Positions 15,001 through 27,000 of a stretch of DNA of 64,000 nt are shown in pieces. The position numbers and the translations under genes were made by a program. The notes beneath the pieces are model-generated. The model saw nothing but the letters and a program-made list of their open reading frames with translations. It was not told the DNA's origin and did not search any database. The stretch is taken from assembly GCA_964016885.1 (NCBI GenBank), contig OZ024740.1:34348001-34412000 (forward strand), written 5' to 3'. Source of the DNA: Eledone cirrhosa (taxonomy: Eukaryota). Every line of letters begins with the position of its first letter. Positions within the stretch are counted from its first letter, which is position 1.

Positions 15001-18000
15001 GTAGCCCCCCGACTCCTAGAACCTAAAGAAAGTTCATTTTTGTCAAGTGTAGCCCCCACCCCCCGACTCCTAGAACCTCAAGAAACTTCATTTTTGTCAA
15101 GTGTAGCCCCCAACTCCTAGAACCTCAAGAAAGTTCATTTTTGTTAAGTGTAGCCCCCCCGACTCCTAGAACCTCAAGAAACTTCATTTTTAACAAGTGT
15201 AGCCCCCCAACTCCTAGAACCCCAAGAAACTTCATTCTTGTCACGTGTAGCCTCCAATTCCTAGAACCTCAAGTAACTTCATTTTTGTCAAGTGTAGCCC
15301 CCGACTCCTAGAACCTCAAGAAACTTCATTTTTGTCAAGTGTAGCCCCCCCGACTCCTAGAACCTCAAGAAACTTCATTTTTGTTAAGTGTAGCCCCCCC
15401 CAACTCCTAGAACCTCAAGAAACTTCATTTTTGCCAAGTGTAACCTCGACTCCTAGAACCTTAAGAAACTTCATTTTTGTCAAGTGTAGCCCCCAACTCC
15501 TAGAACCTCAAGAAACTTCATTTTTGTCAAGTGTAGCCCCCAACTCCTAGAATCTCAAGTAACTTCATTTTTGTCAAGTGTAGCCCCCCACCACTACAAC
15601 CTAAAGAAACTTCATTTTTGTGAAGTGTAGCCCCCAACTCCTAGAATCTCAAGTAACTTCATTTTTGTCAAGTGTAGCCCCCACCACTACAACCTAAAGA
15701 AACTTCATTTTTGTCAAGTGTAGCCCCCAACTCCTAGAATCTCAAGTAATTTCATTTTTGTCAAGTGTAGCCCCCCACCACTACAACCTAAAGAAACTTC
15801 ATTTTTGTCAAGTGTAGCCCCCAACTCCTAGAATCTCAAGTAACTTCATTTTTGTCAAGTGTAGCCCCCCACCACTACAACCTAAAGAAACTTCATTTTT
15901 GTCAAGTGTAGCCCCCAACTCCTAGAATCTCAAGTAACTTCATTTTTGTCAAGTGTAGCCCCCCACCACTACAACCTAAAGAAACTTCATTTTTGTCAAG
16001 TGTAGCCCCCAACTCCTAGAATCTCAAGTAACTTCATTTTTGTCAAGTGTAGCCCCCCGACTCCTAGAACCTCAAGAAACTTCATTTTTGCCAAGTGTAA
16101 CCTCGACTCCTAGAACCTCAACAAACTTCATTTTTGTCAAGTGTAGCCCCCAACTCCTAGAACCTCAAGAAACTTCATTTTTGTCAAGTGTAGCCCCCAA
16201 CTCCTAGAACCTCAAGAAACTTCATTTTTGTCAAGTGTAGCCCCCAACTCCTAGAACCTCAAGAAACTTCATTTTTGTCAAGTGTAGCCCCCAACTACTA
16301 GAATATCAAGTAACTTCATTTTTGTCAAGTGTAGCCCCCCCGACTCCTAGAACCTCAAGAAACTTCATTTTTGCCAAGTGTAACCTCGACTCCTAGAACC
16401 TCAAGAAACTTCATTTTTGTCAAGTGTAGCCCCCAACTCCTAGAACCTCAAGAAACTTCATTTTTGTCAAGTGTAGCCCCCAACTCCTAGAATCTCAAGT
16501 AACTTCATTTTTGTCAAGTGTAGCCCCCCACCACTACAACCTAAAGAAACTTCATTTTTGTGAAGTGTAGCCCCCAACTCCTAGAATCTCAAGTAACTTC
16601 ATTTTTGTCAAGTGTAGCCCCCACCACTACAACCTAAAGAAACTTCATTTTTGTCAAGTGTAGCCCCCAACTCCTAGAATCTCAAGTAACTTCATTTTTG
16701 TCAAGTGTAGCCCCCCACCACTACAACCTAAAGAAACTTCATTTTTGTCAAGTGTAGCCCCCATCTCCTAGAATCTCAAGTAACTTCATTTTTGTCAAGT
16801 GTAGCCCCCCGACTCCTAGAACCTCAAGAAACTTCATTTTTGCCAAGTGTAACCTCGACTCCTAGAACCTCAACAAACTTCATTTTTGTCAAGTGTAGCC
16901 CCCAACTCCTAGAACCTCAAGAAACTTCATTTTTGTCAAGTGTAGCCCCCAACTCTTAGAACTTGAAGAAACTTCATTTTTGTCAAGTGTAGCCCTCCAA
17001 CTCCTAGAACCTCAAGAAACTTTATTTTTGTCAAGTGTAGCCCCCCAACTCCTAGAACCTCAAGAAACTTCATTTTTGTCAGGTGTAGCCCCCAACTCCT
17101 AGAACCTGAAGAAACTTCATTTTTGTCAAGTGTAGCCCTCCAACTCCTAGAACCTCAAGAAACTTTATTTTTGTCAAGTGTAGCCCCCCAACTCCTAGAA
17201 CCTCAAGAAACTTCATTTTTGTCAAGTGTAGCCCTCCAACTCCTAGAACCTCAAGAAACTTTATTTTTATGAAGTGTAGCCCCCCCATCTCCTAGAACCT
17301 CAAGAAACTTCATTTTTGTCAAGTGTAGCCTCCTCGGCTCCTTGAACCTCAAGAAGCTTCATTTTTGTTAAGTGTAGCCCCAACTCCTAGAACCTCATGA
17401 AACTTCATCTTTGTCAAATGTAGCCCCCAACTCCTAGAACCCCAAGAAAGTTCATTTTTGTCAAGTGTAGCAACACCCACCGACTCCTAGAACATCAAGA
17501 AACTTCATTTTTGTCAAGTGTAGCCCCAATTCCTAGAACCTCAAGAAACTTCATTTTTGTCAAGTGTAGCACCCAACCCCTAGAACCTCAAGAAACTTCA
17601 TTTGTGTCAAGTGTAGCCTCCTCGGCTCCTAGAACCTCAAGAAGCTTCATTTTTGTCAAGTGTAGCCCCCCAACTCCTAGAACCCCAAGAAAATTCATTT
17701 TTGTCAAGTGTAGCCCCCCAACTCCTAGAACGCCAAGAAAATTCATTTTTGTCAAGTGTAGCCCCCAACTCCTAGAACCACAAGAAAGTTCATTTTTGTC
17801 AAGTGTAGCCTCCCGACTCCTAGAACCTCAAGAAACTTTATTTTTGTCAAGTGTAGCACCCAACCCATAGAACCTCATGAAATTTCATTTTTGTCAAGTG
17901 TAGCCTCCTCGGCTTCTAGAACCTCAAGAAACTTCATTTTTGCAAAGGGTAGTCCCCCCCCCCCCGACTCCTAGAACCTCAAGAAACTTCATTTTTGTCA

Positions 18001-21000
18001 AGTGTAGCTCCCCGACTACTAGAACCTCAAGAAACTTCATTTTTGTCAAGTGTAGCCCCCCGACTCCTAGAACCTCAAGAAACTTCATTTTTGTCAAGTG
18101 TAGCCCCCAACTCCTAGAACCTCAAGAAACATCATTTTTGTCAAGTGTAGCCCTCCAACTCCTAGAACCTCAAGAAACTTCATTTTTCTCAAGTGTAGCC
18201 CCCAACTCCTAGAACCTCAAGAAACTTCATTTTTCTCAAGTGTAGCCCTCAACTCCTAGAACCTCAAGAAACTTTATTTTTGTGAAGTGTAGCCCCCCCC
18301 CCCAACTCCTAGAACCTCAAGAAACTTCATTTTTGTCAAGTGTAGCACCCAACTCCTAGAACCTCAAGAAACTTCACTTTTGTCAAGTGTAGCCCCCCAC
18401 CCCTACAACCTCAAGAAACTTCATTTTTGTCAAGTGTAGACCCCCGACTCCTAGAACCCCAAGAAACTTCATTTTTGTCAAGTGTAGCCCACAAATCCTA
18501 GAACCACAAGAAAGTTTATTTTTGTCAAGTGTAGCCACACCCCCCCCGACTCCTAGAACCTCAAGAAACTTCATTTTTGTCAAGTGTAGCCCCCAACTCC
18601 TAGAACCACAAGAAAGTTCATTTTTGTCAAGTGTAGCCCCCCCGACTCCTAGAACCTCAAGAAACTTTATTTTTTTCAAGTGTCGCCCCGACTCCTAGAA
18701 CCTTAAGAAACTTCATTTTTGTCAAGTGTAGCCTCCCAACTCCTAGAACCCCAAGAAACTTCACTTTTGTCAAGTGTAGCCCCCACCCGTACAACCTGAA
18801 GAAACTTCATTTTTGTCAAGTGTAGCACCGACTCCGAGAACCTCAAGAAACTTCATTTTTGTCAAGTGTAGCACCCAACCCATAGAACCTCAAGAAACTT
18901 CATTTTTGTCAAGTGTAGCCTCCTCGTCTCCTAGAACCTCAAGAAACTTCATTTTTGTCAAGTGTAGTCCCCCCCCGACTCCTAGAAACTTAAGAAACTT
19001 CATTTTTGTCAAATGTAGCCCCCGACTCCTAGAACCTCAAGAAACTTCACTTTTGTCAAGTGTAGCCCTCCAACTCCTAGAACCTCAAGAAACATTATTT
19101 TTGTCAAGTGTAGCCCCCCAACTCCTAGAACCTCAAGAAACTTCATTTTTGTCAAGTGTAGTCCCCCCAACTCCTAGAACCCCAAGAAAATTCATTTTTG
19201 TCAAGTGTAGCCCCCAACTCCTAGAACCTCAAGAAACTTCATTTTTGTCAAGTGTAGCCTCCAACTCCTAGAACCCCAAGAGAGTTCATTTTTTTCAAGT
19301 GTAGCCCCCCCCCGACTCCTAGAACCTCAAGAAACTTAATTTTTGTCAAGTGTAGCCCCCCGACTCCTAGAACCTCAAGTAACTTTATTTTTGTCAAGTG
19401 TAGCTCCCCGACTCCTAGAACCTCAAGAAACTTCATTTTTGTCAGGTGTAGCCCCCAACTCCTAGAACCTCAAGAAACTTTATTTTTGTGAAGTGTATCC
19501 CCCCCAACTCCTAGAACCTCAAGAAACTTCATTTTTGTCAAGTGTAGCCCCCCCAACTCCTAGAACCTCAAGAAACTTCATTTTTGTCAAGTGTAGCCCC
19601 CCATCTCCTAGAACCTCAAGAAACTTCATTTATATCAAGTGTAGCCCCAAACTCCTAGAACCTCAAGAAACTTCATTTTTGTCAAGTGTAGCCCCCCCGA
19701 CTCCTAGAACCCCAAGAAAGTTCATTTTTGTCAAGTGTAGCAACACCCCCGACTCCTAGAACCTCAAGAAACTTCATTTTTGTCAAGTGTAGCACCCAAC
19801 CACTAGAACCTCAAGAAACTTCATTTTTGTCAGGTGTAGCCTCCTCGGCTCCTAGAACCTCAAGAAGCTTCATTATTGTCAAGTGTAGCCCCCCAACTCC
19901 TAGAACCCCAAGAAAATTCATTTTTGTCAAGTGTAGCCCCCAACTCCTAGAACTTAAAGAAACATCATTTTTGTCAAGTGTAGCCCTCCAACTCCTAGAA
20001 CCTCAAGAAACTTCATTTTTCTTAAGTGTAGCCCCCCAACTCCTAGAACCTCAAGAAACTTCACTTTTGTCAAGTGTAGCCCCCCAACTCTTAGAACCTC
20101 AAGAAACCTCATTTTTGTCAGGTGTAGCGCCCGACTCCTAGAACCTCAAGAAACTTCATTTTTGTCAAGTGTAGCCCCCCCGACTCCTAGAACCCCAAGA
20201 AAGTTCATTTTTGTCAAGTGTAGCCACACCCCCCGACTCCTAGAACCTAAAGAAACTTCATTTTTGTCAAGTGTAGCTCCCCAACTCCTAGAACCTCAAG
20301 AAACTTCATTTTTGTCAAGTGTAGCCCCCAACTCCTAGAACCTCAAGAAACTTTATTTTTGTCAAGTGTAGCCTCCCCAACTCCTAGAACCTCAAGAAAC
20401 TTAATTTTTGTCAAGTGTAGCTCCCCCCATCTCCTAGAACCTCAAGAAACTTCATTTTTGCCAAGTGTAGCCCCCAACACCTAGAACCTGAAGAAACTTC
20501 ATTTTTGTCAAGTGTAGCCCCCGACTCCTAGAACCCCAAGAAAGTTCATTTTGTCAAGTGTAGCCCCCACCCGTACAACCTGAAGAAACTTCATTTTTGT
20601 CAAGTGTAGCCCTCCGACTCCTAGAACCCCAAGAAAGTTCATTTTGTCAAGTGTAGCCCCCCACCACTACAACCTAAAGAAACTTCATTTTTGTCAAGTG
20701 TAGCCCCCAACTCCTAGAATCTCAAGTAACTTCATTTTTGTCAAGTGTAGCCCCCCGACTCCTAGAACCTAAAGAAAGTTCATTTTTGTCAAGTGTAGCC
20801 CCCACCCCCCCGACTCCTAGAACCTCAAGAAACTTCATTTTTGTCAAGTGTAGCCCCCCGACTCCTAGACCCTCAAGAAACATCACTTTTGTCAAGTGTA
20901 GCCCCCAACTCCTAGAATCTCAAGAAACTTCATTTTTGTCAAGTGTAGCTCCCAACTCCTAGAACCCCAAGAAACTTCATTCTTGTCAAGTGTAGCCTCC

Positions 21001-24000
21001 AATTCCTAGAACCTCAAGAAACTTCATTTTTGTTAAGTGTAGCCCCCCCGACTCCTAGAACCTCAAGAAACTTCATTTTTGTCAAGTGTAGCCCCCCAAC
21101 TCCTAGAACCCCAAGAAACTTCATTCTTGTCAAGTGTAGCCTCCAATTCCTAGAACCTCAAGTAACTTCATTTTTGTTAAGTGTAGCCCCCCCGACTCCT
21201 AGAACCTCAAGAAACTTCATTTTTGTCAAGTGTAGCCCCCCCGACTCCTAGAACCTCAAGAAACTTCATTTTTGTTAAGTGTAGCCCCCCCCAACTCCTA
21301 GAACCTCAAGAAACTTCATTTTTGCCAAGTGTAACCTCGACTCCTAGAACCTCAAGAAACTTCATTTTTGTCAAGTGTAGCCCCCAACTCCTAGAACCTC
21401 AAGAAACTTCATTTTTGTCAAGTGTAGCCCCCAACTCCTAGAATCTCAAGTAACTTCATTTTTGTCAAGTGTAGCCCCCCACCACTACAACCTAAAGAAA
21501 CTTCATTTTTGTGAAGTGTAGCCCCCAACTCCTAGAATCTCAAGTAACTTCATTTTTGTCAAGTGTAGCCCCCACCACTACAACCTAAAGAAACTTCATT
21601 TTTGTCAAGTGTAGCCCCCAACTCCTAGAATCTCAAGTAACTTCATTTTTGTCAAGTGTAGCCCCCCACCACGACAACCTAAAGAAACTTCATTTTTGTC
21701 AAGTGTAGCCCCCAACTCCTAGAATTTCAAGTAACTTCATTTTTGTCAAGTGTAGCCCCCCACCACTACAACCTAAAGAAACTTCATTTTTGTCAAGTGT
21801 AGCCCTCAACTCCTAGAACCTCAAGAAACTTTATTTTTGTGAAGTGTAGCCCCCCCCCAACTCCTAGAACCTCAAGAAACTTCATTTTTGTCAAGTGTAG
21901 CACCCAACTCCTAGAACCTCAAGAAACTTCACTTTTGTCAAGTGTAGACCCCCGACTCCTAGAACCCCAAGAAACTTCATTTTTGTCAAGTGTAGCCCAC
22001 AAATCCTAGAACCACAAGAAAGTTTATTTTTGTCAAGTGTAGCCACACCCCCCCCGACTCCTAGAACCTCAAGAAACTTCATTTTTGTCAAGTGTAGCCC
22101 CCAACTCCTAGAACCACAAGAAAGTTCATTTTTGTCAAGTGTAGCCCCCCCGACTCCTAGAACCTCAAGAAACTTTATTTTTTTCAAGTGTAGCCCCAAC
22201 TCCTAGAACCTCAAGAAACTTCATTTTTTTCAAGTGTAGCACCCAACCCATAGAACCTCAATAAACTTCATTTTTGTCAAGTGTAGCCCCCCCCATCTCC
22301 TAGAACTTCAAGAAACTTCATTTTTGCCAAGTGTAGCCCCCAACACCTAGAACCTCAAGAAACTTCACTTTTGTCAAGTGTAGCCCCCACCCGTACAACC
22401 TGAAGAAACTTCACTTTTGTCAAGTGTCGCCCCGACTCCTAGAACCTTAAGAAACTTCATTTTTGTCAAGTGTAGCCCCCCAACTCCTAGAACCCCAAGA
22501 AACTTCACTTTTGTCAAGTGTAGCCCCCACCCGTACAACCTGAAGAAACTTCATTTTTGTCAAGTGTAGCACCGACTCCGAGAACCTCAAGAAACTTCAT
22601 TTTTGTCAAGTGTAGCACCCAACCCATAGAACCTCAAGAAACTTCATTTTTATCAAGTGTAGCCTCCTCGTCTCCTAGAACCTCAAGAAACTTCATTTTT
22701 GTCAAGTGTAGTCCCCCCCGACTCCTAGAAACTTAAGAAACTTCATTTTTGTCAAATGTAGCCCCCGACTCCTAGAACCTCAAGAAACTTCACTTTTGTC
22801 AAGTGTAGCCCTCCAACTCCTAGAACCTCAAGAAACATTATTTTTGTCAAGTGTAGCCCCCCAACTCCTAGAACCTCAAGAAACTTCATTTTTGTCAAGT
22901 GTAGTCCCCCCAACTCCTAGAACCCCAAGAAAATTCATTTTTGTCAAGTGTAGCCCCCAACTCCTAGAACCTCAAGAAACTTCATTTTTGTCAAGTGTAG
23001 CCTCCAACTCCTAGAACCCCAAGAGAGTTCATTTTTTTCAAGTGTAGCCCCCCCACCGACTCCTAGAACCTCAAGAAACTTAATTTTTGTCAAGTGTAGC
23101 CCCCCGACTCCTAGAACCTCAAGTAACTTTATTTTTGTCAAGTGTAGCTCCCCGACTCCTAGAACCTCAAGAAACTTCATTTTTGTCAGGTGTAGCCCCC
23201 AACTCCTAGAACCTCAAGAAACTTTATTTTTGTGAAGTGTATCCCCCCCAACTCCTAGAACCTCAAGAAACTTCATTTTTGTCAAGTGTAGCCCCCCCAA
23301 CTCCTAGAACCTCAAGAAACTTCATTTTTGTCAAGTGTAGCCCCCCATCTCCTAGAACCTCAAGAAACTTCATTTATATCAAGTGTAGCCCCAAACTCCT
23401 AGAACCTCAAGAAACTTCATTTTTGTCAAGTGTAGCCCCCCGACTCCTAGAACCCCAAGAAAGTTCATTTTTGTCAAGTGTAGCAACACCCCCGACTCCT
23501 AGAACCTCAAGAAACTTCATTTTTGTCAAGTGTAGCACCCAACCACTAGAACCTCAAGAAACTTCATTTTTGTCAGGTGTAGCCTCCTCGGCTCCTAGAA
23601 CCTCAAGAAGCTTCATTATTGTCAAGTGTAGCCCCCCAACTCCTAGAACCCCAAGAAAATTCATTTTTGTCAAGTGTAGCCCACAACTCCTAGAACCCCA
23701 AGAAAATTCATTTTTGTCAAGTGTAGCCCCCAACTCCTAGAACTTAAAGAAACATCATTTTTGTCAAGTGTAGCCCTCCAACTCCTAGAACCTCAAGAAA
23801 CTTCATTTTTCTCAAGTGTAGCCCCCAAATCCTAGAACCTCAAGAAACTTCACTTTTGTCAAGTGTAGCCCCCCAACTCTTAGAACTTCAAGAAACCTCA
23901 TTTTTGTCAGGTGTAGCGCCCGACTCCTAGAACCTCAAGAAACTTCATTTTTGTCAAGTGTAGCCCCCCCGACTCCTAGAACCCCAAGAAAGTTCATTTT

Positions 24001-27000
24001 TGTCAAGTGTAGCCACACCCCCCGACTCCTAGAACCTAAAGAAACTTCATTTTTGTCAAGTGTAGCTCCCCAACTCCTAGAACCTCAAGAAACTTCATTT
24101 TTGTCAAGTTTAGCCCCCAACTCCTAGAACCTCAAGAAACTTTATTTTTGTCAAGTGTAGCCTCCCCAACTCCTAGAACCTCAAGAAACTTAATTTTTGT
24201 CAAGTGTAGCCCCCCCCATCTCCTAGAACCTCAAGAAACTTCATTTTTGCCAAGTGTAGCCCTCAACACCTAGAACCTGAAGAAACTTCATTTTTGTCAA
24301 GTGTAGCCCCCAACTCCTAGAACCCCAAGAAAGTTCATTTTGTCAAGTGTAGCCCCCACCCGTACAACCTGAAGAAACTTCATTTTTGTCAAGTGTAGCC
24401 CTCCGACTCCTAGAACCCCAAGAAAGTTCATTTTGTCAAGTGTAGCCCCCACCCCCCCGACTCCTAGAACCTCAAGAAACTTCATTTTTGTCAAGTGTAG
24501 CCCCCCGACTCCTAGACCCTCAAGAAACTTCACTTTTGTCAAGTGTAGCCCCCAACTCCTAGAATCTCAAGAAACTTCATTTTTGTCAAGTGTAGCTCCC
24601 AACTCCTAGAACCCCAAGAAACTTCATTCTTGTCAAGTGTAGCCTCCAATTCCTAGAACCTCAAGAAACTTCATTTTTGTCAAGTGTAGCCCCCCGACTC
24701 CTAGAACCTCAAGAAACTTCATTTTTGTCAAGTGTAGCCCCCCAACTCCTAGAACCCCAAGAAACTTCATTCTTGTCAAGTGTAGCCTCCAATTCCTAGA
24801 ACCTCAAGTAACTTCATTTTTGTTAAGTGTAGCCCCCCCGACTCCTAGAACCTCAAGAAACTTCATTTTTGTCAAGTGTAGCCCCCCCGACTCCTAGAAC
24901 CTCAAGAAACTTCATTTTTGTCAAGTGTAGCCCCCAAATCCTAGAACCTCAAGAAACTTCATTTTTGTCAAGTGTAGCCCCCAACTCCTAGAATATCAAG
25001 TAACTTCATTTTTGTCAAGTGTAGCCCCCCACCACTACAACCTAAAGAAACTTCATTTTTGTGAAGTGTAGCCCCCAACTCCTAGAATCTCAAGTAACTT
25101 CATTTTTGTCAAGTGTAGCCCCCACCACTACAACCTAAAGAAACTTCATTTTTGTCAAGTGTAGCCCCCAACTCCTAGAATCTCAAGTAACTTCATTTTT
25201 GTCAAGTGTAGCCCCCCACCACGACAACCTAAAGAAACTTCATTTTTGTCAAGTGTAGCCCCCAACTCCTAGAATGTCAAGTAACTTCATTTTTGTCAAG
25301 TGTAGCCCCCCACCACTACAACCTAAAGAAACTTCATTTTTGTCAAGTGTAGCCCCCAACTCCTAGAATCTCAAGTAACTTCATTTTTGTCAAGTGTAGC
25401 CCCCCACCACTACAACCTAAAGAAACTTCATCTTTGTCAAGTGTAGCCCCCAACTCCTAGAATTTCAAGTAACTTCATTTTTGTCAAGTGTAGCCCCCCG
25501 ACTCCTAGAACCTCAAGAAACTTCATTTTTGCCAAGTGTAACCTCGACTCCTAGAACCTCAAGAAACTTCATTTTTGTCAAGTGTAGCCCCCAACTCCTA
25601 GAATCTCAAGTAACTTCATTTTTGTCAAGTGTAGCCCCCCGACTCCTAGAACCTAAAGAAAGTTCATTTTTGTCAAGTGTAGCCCCCACCCCCCGACTCC
25701 TAGAACCTCAAGAAACTTCATTTTTGTCAAGTGTAGCCCACCGACTCCTAGACCCTCAAGAAACTTCACTTTTGTCAAGTGTAGCCCCCCAACTCCTAGA
25801 ATCTCAAGAAACTTCATTTTTGTCAAGTGTAGCTCCCAACTCCTAGAACCCCAAGAAACTTCATTCTTGTCAAGTGTAGCCTCCAATTCCTAGAACCTCA
25901 AGAAACTTCATTTTTGTTAAGTGTAGCCCCCCCGACTCCTAGAACCCCAAGAAACTTCATTTTTGTCAAGTGTAGCTTACAACTCCTAGAACCCCAAGAA
26001 ACTTCATTCTTGTCAAGTGTAGCCTCCAATTCCTAGAACCTCAAGAAACTTCATTTTTGTCAAGTGTAGCCCCCCGACTCCTAGACCCTCAAGAAACTTC
26101 ACTTTTGTCAAGTGTAGCCCACAACTCCTAGAATCTCAAGAAACTTCACTTTTGTCAAGTGTAGCCTCCAATTCCTAGAACGTCAAGAAACTTCATTTTT
26201 GTTAAGTGTAGCCCCCCCAACTCCTAGAACGTCAAGAAACTTCATTTTTGTCAAGTGTAGCCCCCCAACTCCTAGAACCTCAAGAAACTTCATTTTTGTC
26301 AAGTGTAGCCCCCAACTCCTAGAACTCCAAGAAACTTCATTTTTGTCACGTGTAGCCCCGCGACTCCTAGAACCTCAAGAAACTTTATTTTTGCGAAGTG
26401 AAGCCCTCCGAATCCTAGAACCTCAAGAAACTTCATTTTTGCCAAGTGTAGCCCCCAACTCCTAGAACCTCAGGAAACTTCTTTTTTGTTAAGTGTAGCC
26501 CCCCGACTCCTAGAACCTCAAGAAACTTATTTTTGTCAAGTGTAGCCCCCAACTCCTAGAACCTCAAGAAACTTCATTTTTATCAAGTGTAGCCCCCCGC
26601 CCGACTCCGAGAACCTCAAGAAACTTCATCTTTATCAAGTGTAGCTCCCAACTCCTACAACCTCAAGAAACTTCATTTTTGACAAGTGTAGCCCCCCGAC
26701 TCCTAGAACCTCAAGAAACTTCATTTTTGTCAAGTGTAGCCACCCCCCCCGAAACCTAGAACGTCAAGAAACTTCATTTTTGTCAAGTGTAGTCCCGACT
26801 TCTAGAACCTCAAGAAACTTCATTTTTGTTAAGTTTAGCCCCCTCCCGACTCCTAGAACCTCAAGAAACTTCATTTTTGTCAAGTGTAGCCACCCGACTC
26901 CTAGAACCTCAAGAAACTTCATTTCTGTTAAGTGAAGCCTCCAATTCCTAGAACCTCAAGAAAGTTAATTTTTGTAAAGTGTAGCCCTCCGAATCCTAGA

